Positions 8,298 to 18,721 of a stretch of 64,000 nucleotides of DNA are shown here, piece by piece. The notes beneath the pieces are model-generated. The model was not told where the DNA came from and did no database searches. It saw only the letters and a program-made list of their open reading frames with translations. Position 1 is the first letter of the stretch. Each line of letters starts with the position of its first letter. Both the position numbers and the translations under genes were made by a program. Source of the stretch: Dehalococcoidia bacterium (GTDB taxonomy: Bacteria; Chloroflexota; Dehalococcoidia; Plut-88900); NCBI GenBank assembly GCA_965207225.1, contig CBDBLV010000003.1, positions 160,001 to 224,000 on the forward strand. The letters run 5' to 3'.

Positions 8298-9293
8298 TTA
8301 TGTGGGAAGGACGGTGACTTTGATGGCGCCGGTGGACTTGTCGAGGGCAGTGTCGAAGGCTCGGGTGATATCGGTGAGGGGGAACTGGTGGGTCTGCATG
8401 AAGGCGACTTCGGAGGAGTAGCGGGCGAGGGAGTCTATGGTGGAGGCGAACTCCCGACCATGCACACCCACGCCGTACATACTGGAGCCGACTATGTCCA
8501 CCTCCTTCGCCACGAGCATCAGCCCGTCGACCTGAGAGTTGGCGGTGAAGATGCCCAGGATGACGATGCGGGCCTCGGGCTGGGCAGCTTTTATGGCATC
8601 GTTGATGGTATCCGCGGCACCCCCGACGGTTTCGATGACGACGTCGGGCTGGCGGTCCCGGGCCCAGTCCTCCCACTCGGTCTCGCTGAGGGGTGTCAGG
8701 CCGAGCCTCCGGGCGGCGTCGAACTGCTGGGGATGCCGGGCGGTGATGGCGACCTCGGCGGCGCGGTCCCGGGCGAGGAGGCCGGCGAAGAGGCCGATGG
8801 TCCCCGCCCCAAGAACCAATACCCGGCTTTCGATCTTCAATCGTCCCAAAGCGACGCCCCGGTAGGAGCAGGCCATGGGCTCGACGAGGGAAGCCAAGAG
8901 CGGGGGGAGGGAGTCGGGGACAGGGTGGACGGTGTGGGCGGGGACATCGATAAACTCGGCGAGGCCGCCGGGCTCGTCGATACCGATGAACTTCATGTCG
9001 GGGCAGATGTTGGTGGCGCCAGCCGCGCAGTAGTGGCAATCCAGGCAGGCGTCCAGGGGCTCGATGGCGTATAGAGAGTCGGGGAGACCTGCGCCGCCGT
9101 CGATTATGGTGCCGACAATCTCGTGGCCCATGACGAGGTTGTTGTGCCTGGTACTGCGGCCTGCGTAGACGTGGAGGTCGGAGCCGCAGATGCCGCAGGC
9201 GGTGACGGAAACCCGGACGCGGCCCGGGGCAAGGGGGCCGGGGTCGACGTCTTCGATGACCATGCCCTGGGAAGTCCACATTGAGCGCAGCAT
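8298..9293 (-). CDS. Zn-dependent medium-chain alcohol dehydrogenase
   Basis: CGICGSDLH, MGHE, CLDCHYC...NIC, GAGTIG; start MLRSMW with GGAGG SD. Confidence 0.92.
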   Translation of the reverse strand: MLRSMWTSQGMVIEDVDPGPLAPGRVRVSVTACGICGSDLHVYAGRSTRHNNLVMGHEIVGTIIDGGAGLPDSLYAIEPLDACLDCHYCAAGATNICPDMKFIGIDEPGGLAEFIDVPAHTVHPVPDSLPPLLASLVEPMACSYRGVALGRLKIESRVLVLGAGTIGLFAGLLARDRAAEVAITARHPQQFDAARRLGLTPLSETEWEDWARDRQPDVVIETVGGAADTINDAIKAAQPEARIVILGIFTANSQVDGLMLVAKEVDIVGSSMYGVGVHGREFASTIDSLARYSSEVAFMQTHQFPLTDITRAFDTALDKSTGAIKVTVLPT

Positions 9294-9409
9294 ATGCTTG
9301 CCTCCGGGGGTGATGGGGGGAAGTTTACATGGGCCACGGGGGCCCGTCCACGAGGTGGGTGAGCTTTGGGGAGCGGCAGAGGCGACGTATAGACAATGCG
9401 GCGCCACCC

Positions 9410-9443
9410 CCGCTCATACTTCGAGAGCCTCAGCACGAGCGGC
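9410..9443. repeat. REP-like palindrome family B
   Basis: ccgctcatacttcgagagcctcagcacgagcgg; near-identical at 30597 and 45074. Confidence 0.8.
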
Positions 9444-9496
9444 CCCACCACCTGCAGGACAAGTTATGACGGATCCCCTCAAGGAATAGGGGCTGC

Positions 9497-10243
9497 TTAG
9501 AGCGCAGCCAGGGCTTCGGGCAGCTCTGAGAGGGTTGCTACACAGGCGTCGGGGGTAACGGGAACGTGGTCCCAGCCTGCGCCGCCGATGAGGACGGCTT
9601 TCATACCAACGCGCTGGGCGCCGAGGATGTCGGTCTCCGGTCTGTCGCCCACGTGGGCCGACTCCCGGGCCTCGGCCCCGATGGCATCCAGGGTGTCCAG
9701 GAACAGGCTGGGGGCAGGCTTGGCGATGCGCTCCTCGTCGGAGAAGGTGAGGTGCAGGAGGTACCGGGCTATGCCAATGTCGGCGAGGAATTTGCGGGCC
9801 AGGCTCCCGGGTGTAGTGCCGGAGTTGCAGATCAGGCCGATCCTGTAGCCTTCGTCGGTGAGTGTTGAAAGGGTCTCGAGAACGCCGGGCATCAGGGCGG
9901 GGGGGTGCTCCAGGAAGGCATTCAGGTGCCTCTCGGAGACGCGCTCCTTGCCTTCAGGGTCAAGGGAGGTGGACAGGCCCGGGTGTATGGAGTCCAGGAA
10001 GTCGTCCAGCTGAGTTTCGAAGTCGGTATCGAGGCCACGGGTGCGGACGGTCTCGAACTTCTGCTGGGAGTCCCAGTAGACCTCGGCGACGTGCTCCCTG
10101 GTACATCGCACGCCGCACTCGGAGAGGATCCTGGTGGTCGCATCGATGCGTTTTTTCGCCCTGACCATGCCGTTCCCCGGGACGTCTCTTATCAGCGTGT
10201 TCCACAGGTCAAAGGTGATGCCCTGTATTGAGTCGTTTCTCAT
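9497..10243 (-). CDS. HAD-superfamily hydrolase
   Basis: FDLWNTL, LICNS, AKPAP, HVGDRPETDILGA. Confidence 0.9.
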   Translation of the reverse strand: MRNDSIQGITFDLWNTLIRDVPGNGMVRAKKRIDATTRILSECGVRCTREHVAEVYWDSQQKFETVRTRGLDTDFETQLDDFLDSIHPGLSTSLDPEGKERVSERHLNAFLEHPPALMPGVLETLSTLTDEGYRIGLICNSGTTPGSLARKFLADIGIARYLLHLTFSDEERIAKPAPSLFLDTLDAIGAEARESAHVGDRPETDILGAQRVGMKAVLIGGAGWDHVPVTPDACVATLSELPEALAAL

Positions 10244-10324
10244 TTCCGCATTCCGAAGGTCTTTGCTTGCCGTTATGCTGAATTGTGCTTTCAAATGAAT
10301 CAGGGGCGGGTGATTTCCCGCCCC

Positions 10325-10837
10325 TTAGAATTCGATGACGGTTGTTATGGGATAGCCCTTGATGCGGTCTCTGCCTCCCAAGTCGGTGAGCTCCACCAAG
10401 AACGCGAGCCCGGCCACCACCCCGCCCAGCTCCTCCACCAGCTTCACTGTGGCCTCAGCTGTGCCGCCAGTGGCCAGCAGGTCGTCTACGACCAGGACTC
10501 GCTCTCCGTTGGACAGCGCGTCCCGGTGCAGCTCCATTGCGTTGGAGCCGTACTCCAAGTCGTAGCTGACCTTGACCGCCTCTCGGGGCAGCTTGCCCTC
10601 TTTCCTGACCGGAAGGAGGGGCTTGCCTAGTTCCAGGGCGAGGGGGGCAGCGATGAGGAAGCCCCGGGCGTCGATGGCGGCAAAGGAGTCGATGTGGTCA
10701 TCGACGATGCCCCGCTTGATGAGGTCCAGGGCGTGACGGAAGGCGGGCGGGGACTGGAGGAGGGGTGTGATGTCTCTGAACAGGATGCCGGGCTTGGGGA
10801 AGTCGGGGACGTTGGCTATGTAGTCTTTGAGGTCCAT
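10325..10837 (-). CDS. apt: Adenine phosphoribosyltransferase
   Basis: VPDFPKPGILFRDITPLL, RKEGKLP, VVDDLLATGGT. Confidence 0.96.
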   Translation of the reverse strand: MDLKDYIANVPDFPKPGILFRDITPLLQSPPAFRHALDLIKRGIVDDHIDSFAAIDARGFLIAAPLALELGKPLLPVRKEGKLPREAVKVSYDLEYGSNAMELHRDALSNGERVLVVDDLLATGGTAEATVKLVEELGGVVAGLAFLVELTDLGGRDRIKGYPITTVIEF

Positions 10838-10977
10838 TTGGGATGGTCTCTGGATAAATTCGTAATGCGCAATAACTTTAACGGATTTGAGTAGGGCAAT
10901 CAAAGGTCGGGGGTAGGGGGGGACAGAACCTCCATAAATGCAGTGCAGGTGAACCGCGATGCTGTCATAATACGTTC

Positions 10978-11214
10978 ATGTCTGTGACGATAACCATAGG
11001 GAACGTTCCCGAAGAGGTGCGCGACAAATTGAAGCAGCTTGCCGCAGAGCAAGGACTGTCTTTGCAGAAGTTCCTGCTGAGAGAGCTTCAGCAAATCGCG
11101 TCCCGTACATCCAATGCCGAATGGGTCAGGAACGTGGAAAGAATAAAGCGAGCCCAAGGCACTAAGATACCGATATCCGCAATCCTAGAAGCGAAGGATG
11201 CGGACAAAAGATGA
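10978..11214 (+). CDS. FitA-like ribbon-helix-helix antitoxin, no intact toxin downstream
   Basis: ITIGNVPEEVRDKLKQLAAEQGLSLQKFL; 78 aa. Confidence 0.75.
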   Translation: MSVTITIGNVPEEVRDKLKQLAAEQGLSLQKFLLRELQQIASRTSNAEWVRNVERIKRAQGTKIPISAILEAKDADKR

Positions 11215-11285
11215 CACGGGTTACATCGCCCAAACCACGACCGCTATAATCCCCCCACACCACCCCCTATCCGAGAGGCCTTCCT

Positions 11286-12236
11286 ATGACCAGCAAGCCC
11301 CGTATGAAGTTCGGCGTGTCCCTGGGACAGGAGCGCGTTACGTGGCCCGAGATCGAGGAAGCGGCGCTTCTCGTGGAGGAGCTGGGCTTTGACTCTCTCT
11401 GGTCTCACGACCACCTGATACCCTCCGATCCCAGGCGAAACGAGGGGCCGTGCCTCGAAGCGTGGGCGATTCTCGGGGCGCTTGCGAGGATGACGAAGAG
11501 CGTGACCATCGGGCCGATGGTAGCGGGGAACACGTACCGCAACCCGGTGCTTCTAGCCAAGTCGGCCACTACCGTGGACATCATAAGCGGGGGTCGGCTG
11601 ATATTCGGGATCGGGGCGGGGTGGTTCGAGATGGAGCACACGGCCTACGATTTTCCCTTCTATACGGTCGGGGAGAGGATTCGCAGGCTGGACGAGGCCG
11701 TCGAGCTCATCAAGAAACTCTGGACCAACGACGGTCCCGTGGACTTTGCAGGCAAGTACTACAACCTGAGGAGCGCACCCTTCGACCCCCGGCCGATCCA
11801 GCAGCCCCATCCCCCTATCCTTATAGCCGGCGGCGGAGAGAAGCGTACGCTGCGGGTCACGGCAAAGTGGGGGGACATGATGAATATCAACGGCCACGCT
11901 CAGATTGCGGCCCATAAATACCGGGTACTGGAAGAACACTGCCAGGCTGTCGGGAGGGACCCCGCCGAGATAGTTAAGACCGCCAACGGGGCCTTTGTGC
12001 CCCCCGAGAAGATGGACGACTGGAACCGCTGGATGGACCATCTCGCCGAGACCATGCCCGATCAAAGGAAATCACGGGGTGAGGGCGGGGTGGTGGGAGA
12101 CATGGATGCGATCAGGGACTGGGTGAGGGGTCACGTGGAGGTCGGCACCCAGCAGGTAATCTTCACCATGCGCTCTCCGTACCCCCTGGAGTCGCTGAGG
12201 ACATTTGCGAAGAAAGTGATGCCGGAATTCAGATAG
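11286..12236 (+). CDS. LLM-class flavin/F420-dependent oxidoreductase
   Basis: WSHDH, NTYRNP, SGGRLIFGIGAGW, AGGGEKRTL. Confidence 0.92.
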   Translation: MTSKPRMKFGVSLGQERVTWPEIEEAALLVEELGFDSLWSHDHLIPSDPRRNEGPCLEAWAILGALARMTKSVTIGPMVAGNTYRNPVLLAKSATTVDIISGGRLIFGIGAGWFEMEHTAYDFPFYTVGERIRRLDEAVELIKKLWTNDGPVDFAGKYYNLRSAPFDPRPIQQPHPPILIAGGGEKRTLRVTAKWGDMMNINGHAQIAAHKYRVLEEHCQAVGRDPAEIVKTANGAFVPPEKMDDWNRWMDHLAETMPDQRKSRGEGGVVGDMDAIRDWVRGHVEVGTQQVIFTMRSPYPLESLRTFAKKVMPEFR

Positions 12237-12246
12237 GAGAAGCGAC

Positions 12247-13410
12247 ATGGCAGCGCCAAGGGACATTCCCTTCCCCATAGAGGAGTACAGGGCCCGACTC
12301 TCGGGCGTCCAGGAGCGGATGCGCTCCCGGGACATTGATCTTCTGCTGGCGTACACGCCGGAGAACATCAACTACCTGACCGGCTACAACACCACGGGAT
12401 ATTATGTCTACCAGTGCCTGATGGTGCCCGCCGACCGGGACCCGATCATGGTGACCCGGGAACTGGAGAAGGATAACGTCACCATGGGCACGTGGCTCGA
12501 GGACTACCGCATCTTCGGGGACTCCGAGGACCCAGTGGCAACAACCTGCGACGCCATCAAAGAGTTCGGGTATGCGGAGAAGCGGATCGGCTTTGAGTCC
12601 ACGTCCTGGTTCCTGCAGCTGCGGGACTACCAGCAGACCGTGTCCCTCCTCCCGGATGCCGAGGTCAAGGATGGCGGCAACATCGTAGAGGAAAGCCGGG
12701 TCATCAAGTCGCCTCGGGAAATTGCGTGCATAAGGGAGGCCGCGCGGATAGTTGCCAAGGGGATGCAATCGGGGATTGACGCTTCGAGGCCGGGGGTCAC
12801 CGACAACTACGTGGCCGGAGAGCTTACCCGCACCCTCTACGCCGAGGGCAGCATCTACTTTGCGGGGCAGCCATACGTGGCTTCCGGTAAGCGGACGGGG
12901 CGGGGCCACATCACCTTCGCCAACGTCATGCTGGAGCCCGGCGATCCCGTGTTTTTCGAGATCTCCGCCAACGTCAACCGGTACAGCGCCTCCCTTATGC
13001 GCACCATATCCCTCGGCCCACCCGACGACATGGTGAAGAGCCTCGCCGAAGCCTCCATCGCAGGCCTTACGGCCGCCGTTGAAAATATGGGCCCAGGCAT
13101 GACCTCCCATGACGCCGACGCATTCTGCCGTGACGCCATTACCAAGGCCGGGCACGGAGAGCTCTTCAATCACCGCACTGGCTATTCCATAGGGGTCGGG
13201 TATCCGCCGGGGTGGGGCGAGGGTCACATCATGGACATCAAACCCGGGGACCAACGGGTGCTCAAACCCGGCATGACCTTCCACCTCACACCCGCGATCA
13301 TTGTCCCCGGGGTAGCCGGGCCCGGTTTCAGCGAGACTATCTTGATCACCGATGACGGTGCGGAGGTCCTCACCAGTTTCCCCAGGGAGTTCCTTGTCAA
13401 AGAGGTCTAA
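12247..13410 (+). CDS. M24 (creatinase/Xaa-Pro) fold hydrolase, ectoine hydrolase DoeA/EutD-like
   Basis: ENINYLTGY, RVIKS, HRTGYSIGVGYPPGWGE, MTFH, FSETIL. Confidence 0.82.
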   Translation: MAAPRDIPFPIEEYRARLSGVQERMRSRDIDLLLAYTPENINYLTGYNTTGYYVYQCLMVPADRDPIMVTRELEKDNVTMGTWLEDYRIFGDSEDPVATTCDAIKEFGYAEKRIGFESTSWFLQLRDYQQTVSLLPDAEVKDGGNIVEESRVIKSPREIACIREAARIVAKGMQSGIDASRPGVTDNYVAGELTRTLYAEGSIYFAGQPYVASGKRTGRGHITFANVMLEPGDPVFFEISANVNRYSASLMRTISLGPPDDMVKSLAEASIAGLTAAVENMGPGMTSHDADAFCRDAITKAGHGELFNHRTGYSIGVGYPPGWGEGHIMDIKPGDQRVLKPGMTFHLTPAIIVPGVAGPGFSETILITDDGAEVLTSFPREFLVKEV

Positions 13411-13440
13411 CCCCATCCCCGATACAGGGACTCCGACACC

Positions 13441-14391
13441 ATGATATCCAATCGACGTATGGAGTTCGGGGGGATGGTCAGCGCGGCAAACGTCTCCTGG
13501 CCCGAGTTCCGCAGCATGTGCGAGACAGTCGAGGCCGTGGGCTTCGACCACCTGTGGGTCGCAGACCTCCTGACTCCCTCGGAAGCTGACTGGTCGGACG
13601 GGCTCGTTCACGAATGCTGGAGCCTTTTGTCTGCCGCAGCTTCGTTTACGGACCGCATCCGCATCGGGCCCCTGGTCGTATCCAACACCTACCGACACCC
13701 GGTTGTATCGGCCAAGATCGCCGCCACTGTGGACATCATGAGCGAGGGCAGGCTGACCTACGGGGTCGGGGCGGGGTGGGCTCAAGAAGAGCACCGTTCC
13801 TACGGCATACCCTTCCAGCCCATCGGGGAACGCGTGGCCCGAGTCGAAGAAGCCATACAGCTGACCAAGCTCCTATGGCAGTCTCCCGACCCCGTAACGT
13901 TCCACGGACGCTACTACACCCTGGAAAACGCTCCGTTCAACCCCAAGCCCGTGCAGAAGCCTCACCCGCCCATCATGATCGCAGGCGGAGGGGAGAAGCT
14001 GACCCTCCGCGCCGTGGCCCGACACGCAGATGAGATGAACGTATACGGCAGCCCCGAGGAGGTTGCCCACAAGTTCGACGTTCTGCGGAAACACTGTAAG
14101 AACGAAGGCCGCGACTTCGATGAAATCAAGAAGACGGTGCTGGTGCAGATGGTGCCCCCGGAGCGACAGAAAGAATGGGACGAATTCCTGGCGAAAATTG
14201 CCGCCGAAGAACCCGAGCCGCTCAATCGGGGCCAGAGCCAGGCTATGACCGGAGACGTGGACGACTGGAAGGAGTGGGTGCAGGCAAGGGCTGAGGTGGG
14301 CGTCGACCAGGTGATAATCAACCTCTTTGCGCCCTATCTGCATGATGCGGTGGAACGCTTTGCTAAAGAGGTGATTCCGACTTTCCAGTAG
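13441..14391 (+). CDS. LLM-class oxidoreductase
   Basis: NTYRHP, EGRLTYGVGAGW, AGGGEKLTL; paralog of 11286. Confidence 0.9.
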   Translation: MISNRRMEFGGMVSAANVSWPEFRSMCETVEAVGFDHLWVADLLTPSEADWSDGLVHECWSLLSAAASFTDRIRIGPLVVSNTYRHPVVSAKIAATVDIMSEGRLTYGVGAGWAQEEHRSYGIPFQPIGERVARVEEAIQLTKLLWQSPDPVTFHGRYYTLENAPFNPKPVQKPHPPIMIAGGGEKLTLRAVARHADEMNVYGSPEEVAHKFDVLRKHCKNEGRDFDEIKKTVLVQMVPPERQKEWDEFLAKIAAEEPEPLNRGQSQAMTGDVDDWKEWVQARAEVGVDQVIINLFAPYLHDAVERFAKEVIPTFQ

Positions 14392-14410
14392 AATGGGCTT
14401 CCTGCCTACG

Positions 14411-14434
14411 AGGGCGACCGGCGGGTCGCCCCTA
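14411..14434. repeat. REP-like palindrome family C
   Basis: agggcgaccggcgggtcgcccctac, matching 6970 and 45121. Confidence 0.75.
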
Positions 14435-14466
14435 CAAGTCCAGAAGGGATTCGGAGGAAACGACAC

Positions 14467-15396
14467 ATGACAAAGGTGAAGTTCGGGCCCATCTACACCC
14501 GCATCGAAGACCTGATGGGCCCCGTGGAGCTGGCGGAGAAATCCGAGTCCTGGGGCTACGATTCCTTCTGGGTCCCCGATTACATCCTCAAGCCCCGCCT
14601 CGACGCCCTAATCATCCTTGCCGCCGCGGCCCAGCGCACCTCCACGATAGAGCTGGGCACCGCCGTCATGGTGCTTCCCTACAAAGACCCCCTTGTCCTC
14701 TCCAAGTCGGCGCTTTCGGTGGACGTGCTTTCCAATGGGCGGCTGTTACTGGGGGTGGGGATCGGGGCCAACCCCCGGGAGTTTGATGTCCTAGGATTGG
14801 ATATCAAGTACAGAGGTCGGGTCTCCGACGAACGGCTGGACATCATGTCCCGCATCCTGAACGGCGAGACTGTAACTCACCACGGCCGCTTCCACTCCTT
14901 CGAGGACGTTGCCATAGGCCCGCCGTCAGTGAGCCAGCCCCGGATCCCGATATGGCTCGGGGCCCATTGCGGGGGCGGCTGGGCCGAGGGAGCGTTACGG
15001 CGCACGGGCCGGTACGGCGACGGGTTCATCCCGACCGAGGCCAGTATCGAGCAGTACAAGGACGCCATGGACCGCATCTCCCGCCATGCGGAGGAGGCGG
15101 GCCGAGACCCGACCCAGATCGAATGGGGCATCTTCATCTTCATCATCATGGAAGACTCCCGTGAGTACGCTGAGCGGAAGGGTTATGCGGAGCTGGCTGA
15201 CAGGCTGGACCGGGACTACCCGCTGGTGCACGGTCGGGCGGCGGCTGCGGGGACCGTCGACGAGTGCATAGAGGCTATCCAGGCTTACGTGGACATCGGG
15301 GTCACGCACTTCATCCTGGACTCGGCATCCCCAGCAGAGGAGATTGTCGAGCAGTACGAACGGGCGGCAAAGGAGATAGTGCCCCACTTCCGCTAG
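14467..15396 (+). CDS. LLM-class oxidoreductase
   Basis: LGTAVMVLPY, SNGRLLLGVGIG, PIWLG. Confidence 0.9.
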   Translation: MTKVKFGPIYTRIEDLMGPVELAEKSESWGYDSFWVPDYILKPRLDALIILAAAAQRTSTIELGTAVMVLPYKDPLVLSKSALSVDVLSNGRLLLGVGIGANPREFDVLGLDIKYRGRVSDERLDIMSRILNGETVTHHGRFHSFEDVAIGPPSVSQPRIPIWLGAHCGGGWAEGALRRTGRYGDGFIPTEASIEQYKDAMDRISRHAEEAGRDPTQIEWGIFIFIIMEDSREYAERKGYAELADRLDRDYPLVHGRAAAAGTVDECIEAIQAYVDIGVTHFILDSASPAEEIVEQYERAAKEIVPHFR

Positions 15397-15443
15397 GCCT
15401 ACAGAGGTCGCGCATTGCGGAATTCCCCAGGAGCCTGGGAGGA

Positions 15444-16379
15444 TCAGGCCGAGGGCTTGATCCCCCTCACCAAAGGCAAAACTTCCTGGGCGAACCGCTC
15501 ATACTGCTCCATCATCCGTTCAGGCATGATCCCCGCGTTCATCACGAAGTGCGTGACCCCAGCATCCACGTACTCCTGGATCCCTTCCGCACAGTCATCC
15601 GCCCGACCCGACACGTTCGCCTCCCCACGCACCGCCTTCGTATGACTCCTCCGACGGTTCGATTCCGCCTCCAGCGTTTCCCATGCCCTCTCGGCATCGT
15701 CGTCCAAGCAGAACCAGAGCACGGTGCCGAACTCGATGGCGTCGGGGTCCCGTCTCGCGCCCCGGGCGTAAACCTTCACCTTTTCCCGCACCGACTTGTA
15801 TTCTGATGCGGGGACCAGGGTTGGAACGAAACCATCCGCCATTCTGCCAGCCCTCACGATTGTTGACTCTACCAACCCGTTCTTCCACAGCGGGCCCGTC
15901 CAGATCGGGGGGTGTGGCTTCTGTGCGGTCTCCGGCCCGACATCTACTCCGTCGAATTGGTGGTACTTCCCCTTATGAGAGACCTTCTCCCCGGACAGGA
16001 GCTTCCGCAACAGCATGAGCTTTTCATCCGCCATCTTCCCGCGTTCATGGATGTCGAGGCCCAGGGCGTCGAACTCTCTCTTGTTGCTCCCCACCCCCAG
16101 CCCCAGGATGAGACGACCGTTGGTCAGTGCATCCACCGTCGCCGCCGCTTTGGCCAACAGCAGCGGATGCCTGTACGGGAGCACCATCACCGCGGTCCCG
16201 AGCAGAATGCGCTGCGTCCTCTGGGAGGCAGCAGCCAGAAGGGGCAAGGGGTCGGGGGAGTCTCCCAGGGCGAAGTCGGTCGTCCAGAAGGAATCGAAGC
16301 CTGAGGCCTCGGCGCGGACGGCCATGTCCACGGCCTCGGTCGGGTCGTTTATGTGGGAGTGCATTATCCCGAATTTCAT
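15444..16379 (-). CDS. LLM-class oxidoreductase
   Basis: MKFGI, LGTAVMVLPYRHP, NGRLILGLGVG, QKPHPPIW. Confidence 0.9.
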   Translation of the reverse strand: MKFGIMHSHINDPTEAVDMAVRAEASGFDSFWTTDFALGDSPDPLPLLAAASQRTQRILLGTAVMVLPYRHPLLLAKAAATVDALTNGRLILGLGVGSNKREFDALGLDIHERGKMADEKLMLLRKLLSGEKVSHKGKYHQFDGVDVGPETAQKPHPPIWTGPLWKNGLVESTIVRAGRMADGFVPTLVPASEYKSVREKVKVYARGARRDPDAIEFGTVLWFCLDDDAERAWETLEAESNRRRSHTKAVRGEANVSGRADDCAEGIQEYVDAGVTHFVMNAGIMPERMMEQYERFAQEVLPLVRGIKPSA

Positions 16380-16479
16380 GTCAGCAGTGTCCCGTCCCAA
16401 AGAAAGATAAAGGGTTGGCATCGAATGCCAACCCTTTACTTCTTATCAGCAAATCTAAGCTATTTTCGGTCCTCTACCC

Positions 16480-17643
16480 CTACAGGTTCGCCACGAATTT
16501 TCGTATGCCCTCGACACCCTTCTCCAGGTTCTCCATGCTTGTGGCGAAGGATATCCGTACGAACCCTTCGCCGTACGCCCCGAAGGAGATGCCCGGGAGC
16601 ACCGCCACCCCGTTTTCGTAGAGCAGCCGGTCGCCGAACTCCTGCGCCGAAAGCCCCAGGTCAGACACATTCGGGAACAGGTAGAAGGCGCCCTCGGGCT
16701 TGAAGCAGCGAATGCCGTCGATCTCGTTCAGGGCGTCGCAGGTCATGTCTCTGCGCCGTCGGAACTCGGCCACCATTGCCTGGGGCTCTTCCTTTGACCC
16801 CTCCAGGGCCGCAATCCCCGCCTTCTGCACAAAGGGGGCCGTACAGGAGACGCTGTTAACCATCAGCTTGGAAATATGGGGCACCAACTCCGAGGGGAAC
16901 ACCCCGTACCCGAGCCTCCAGCCCGTCATGGCATAGGTCTTGGAAAAACCGTCCAGTATTACGGAGTGTTCCAGCATCCCGGGCAGCTGGGCGATGCTGG
17001 TGTGGGTGCTGTCGTAGACGATGTCCCTGTACATCTCGTCGGAGAGGACCAGGATGTCGTTCTCCCTGGCCATTTCGGCGACGGCCTCCAGGTCCTCCCT
17101 GTCCATCATCCCTCCCGTCGGGTTGTGGGGAGAGTTGAGGATGATCAGCCGGGTGCGGGAAGTTATAGAGCGCCTCACCTCGTCGAGGTCGGGCTTGAAG
17201 CCTTCCTCTTCATACAGCCGCATGGGTACGGGCGTCGCCCCCGAGAATTTGATCATCGACTCATATATCGGGAACCCGGGGTTCGGGTATATGACCTCGT
17301 CGCCCTCTTCGACCAGAGCAGTGAGGAGGAAGTACATAATCGGCTTGGCGCCGGGAGTGACGATAATAGAGTCGGGGGAAACGTCGATGCCGCGGGTCTC
17401 GGATGTGTGTTTCGCCACCGCCGCCCGGACGTCGGGGAGGCCGGCGGCGGGGCCGTAGTGAGTGAAGCCTCCGTCGAGAGCGTCCTTGGCTGCTCCGATG
17501 ATGTGGTCCGGCGTATCAAAGTCGGGTTCGCCCAGCTCCAGGTGCACGACATCGACACCTGTGGCGGCCAGCGCATTGGCCTTGACCAGGACCTCGAACG
17601 CGGTCTCTGTGCCCAGGTTGCTCATTCTCGAGGCCAGTTTCAT
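16480..17643 (-). CDS. PLP-dependent class I/II (aspartate-type) aminotransferase
   Basis: [33 protein letters not shown]. Confidence 0.94.
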   Translation of the reverse strand: MKLASRMSNLGTETAFEVLVKANALAATGVDVVHLELGEPDFDTPDHIIGAAKDALDGGFTHYGPAAGLPDVRAAVAKHTSETRGIDVSPDSIIVTPGAKPIMYFLLTALVEEGDEVIYPNPGFPIYESMIKFSGATPVPMRLYEEEGFKPDLDEVRRSITSRTRLIILNSPHNPTGGMMDREDLEAVAEMARENDILVLSDEMYRDIVYDSTHTSIAQLPGMLEHSVILDGFSKTYAMTGWRLGYGVFPSELVPHISKLMVNSVSCTAPFVQKAGIAALEGSKEEPQAMVAEFRRRRDMTCDALNEIDGIRCFKPEGAFYLFPNVSDLGLSAQEFGDRLLYENGVAVLPGISFGAYGEGFVRISFATSMENLEKGVEGIRKFVANL

Positions 17644-17776
17644 TTTCGGTGCTCCTCCCGGGACGCAATTGCCAGAAATTACAGGCGGTAATTATATCAC
17701 GGCCACGGTTACATCCATTCGGGCTTTCAGCTAGAATGAACCCCGACTCCCTACAGTACCCGAAGAGGTTTGCGCC

Positions 17777-18721
17777 ATGCCCAAAGTCGAATTCGGCCCC
17801 CTTTACACCACCATGGAGAAATACATCGGCCCGGTGGAGTTCGCCGAAAAGGCCGAAGCCTGGGGCTACGACTACTACTGGGTGCCCGACTACGTCACGC
17901 TTAGCCCGATGGACGCCTTTGTTCTGCTGTCGGCGGTGGGACAGAGGACCACGTCCATCAAGTTGGGTACCGCTGTTGTGGTCGTGCCGTTCAGGACGCC
18001 CTTCCAGCTGGCGAAGGCCTCGGCGACGGTGGACGTGTTGTCGGGAGGGCGGTTCACCCTGGGGGTGGGGATTGGGGGGGCCGTGCCCCGAGACTTTGAT
18101 GTCGCCCAGGTCGACATGCGAAAGCGCGGGCGCATCTCCAACGAGACCCTCCACATTACGCGACGCCTCCTCACCGAAGAGAACGTCAGCCACCGCGGCC
18201 ATTACTATTCATTCGACGACCTTACAATCGAGCCAAGGCCCGTCAGCGACACTGGCATCCCCATCTGGATCGGCTCAATCTGCAACAATGGCTTCCCCCA
18301 GGGCGTCGTGGACCGGGCTGCACGCTATGGCGACGGCTTCTACCCCACCGACACCCCAATCGAAGAGTTCAAGAAGGTCCAGGAGCGCATCCGGTCCAAG
18401 GCGAAGGAGATGGGTCGGGACCCGGACTCCATCCAGTGGGGGCTGCTGGCCTGGACTTGTGGTGGTGGTTCCAAGGAGGAGGCTCGGCAGACGGCGAGCC
18501 GTGAGATAAGCAAGCGGCTGGAGTCGGAGTGGGACGTCCAGGCGGAGAATGGCTACATCCTGGGCACCCCCGAGGAGATGGCCGAGACCCTGCAGGGCTA
18601 CGTCGATATCGGGGTCACCAATTTCGTCGTGGACCCGGCCTGTGCCCCCGAGGACATGCTCGAAATGTTCGAGGTCTTCGCGAAAGAGGTGGTGCCTCAC
18701 TTCAGGGGCGAAGACAGCTGA
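17777..18721 (+). CDS. LLM-class oxidoreductase
   Basis: LGTAVVVVPFR, SGGRFTLGVGIG; first of five consecutive paralogs. Confidence 0.9.
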   Translation: MPKVEFGPLYTTMEKYIGPVEFAEKAEAWGYDYYWVPDYVTLSPMDAFVLLSAVGQRTTSIKLGTAVVVVPFRTPFQLAKASATVDVLSGGRFTLGVGIGGAVPRDFDVAQVDMRKRGRISNETLHITRRLLTEENVSHRGHYYSFDDLTIEPRPVSDTGIPIWIGSICNNGFPQGVVDRAARYGDGFYPTDTPIEEFKKVQERIRSKAKEMGRDPDSIQWGLLAWTCGGGSKEEARQTASREISKRLESEWDVQAENGYILGTPEEMAETLQGYVDIGVTNFVVDPACAPEDMLEMFEVFAKEVVPHFRGEDS

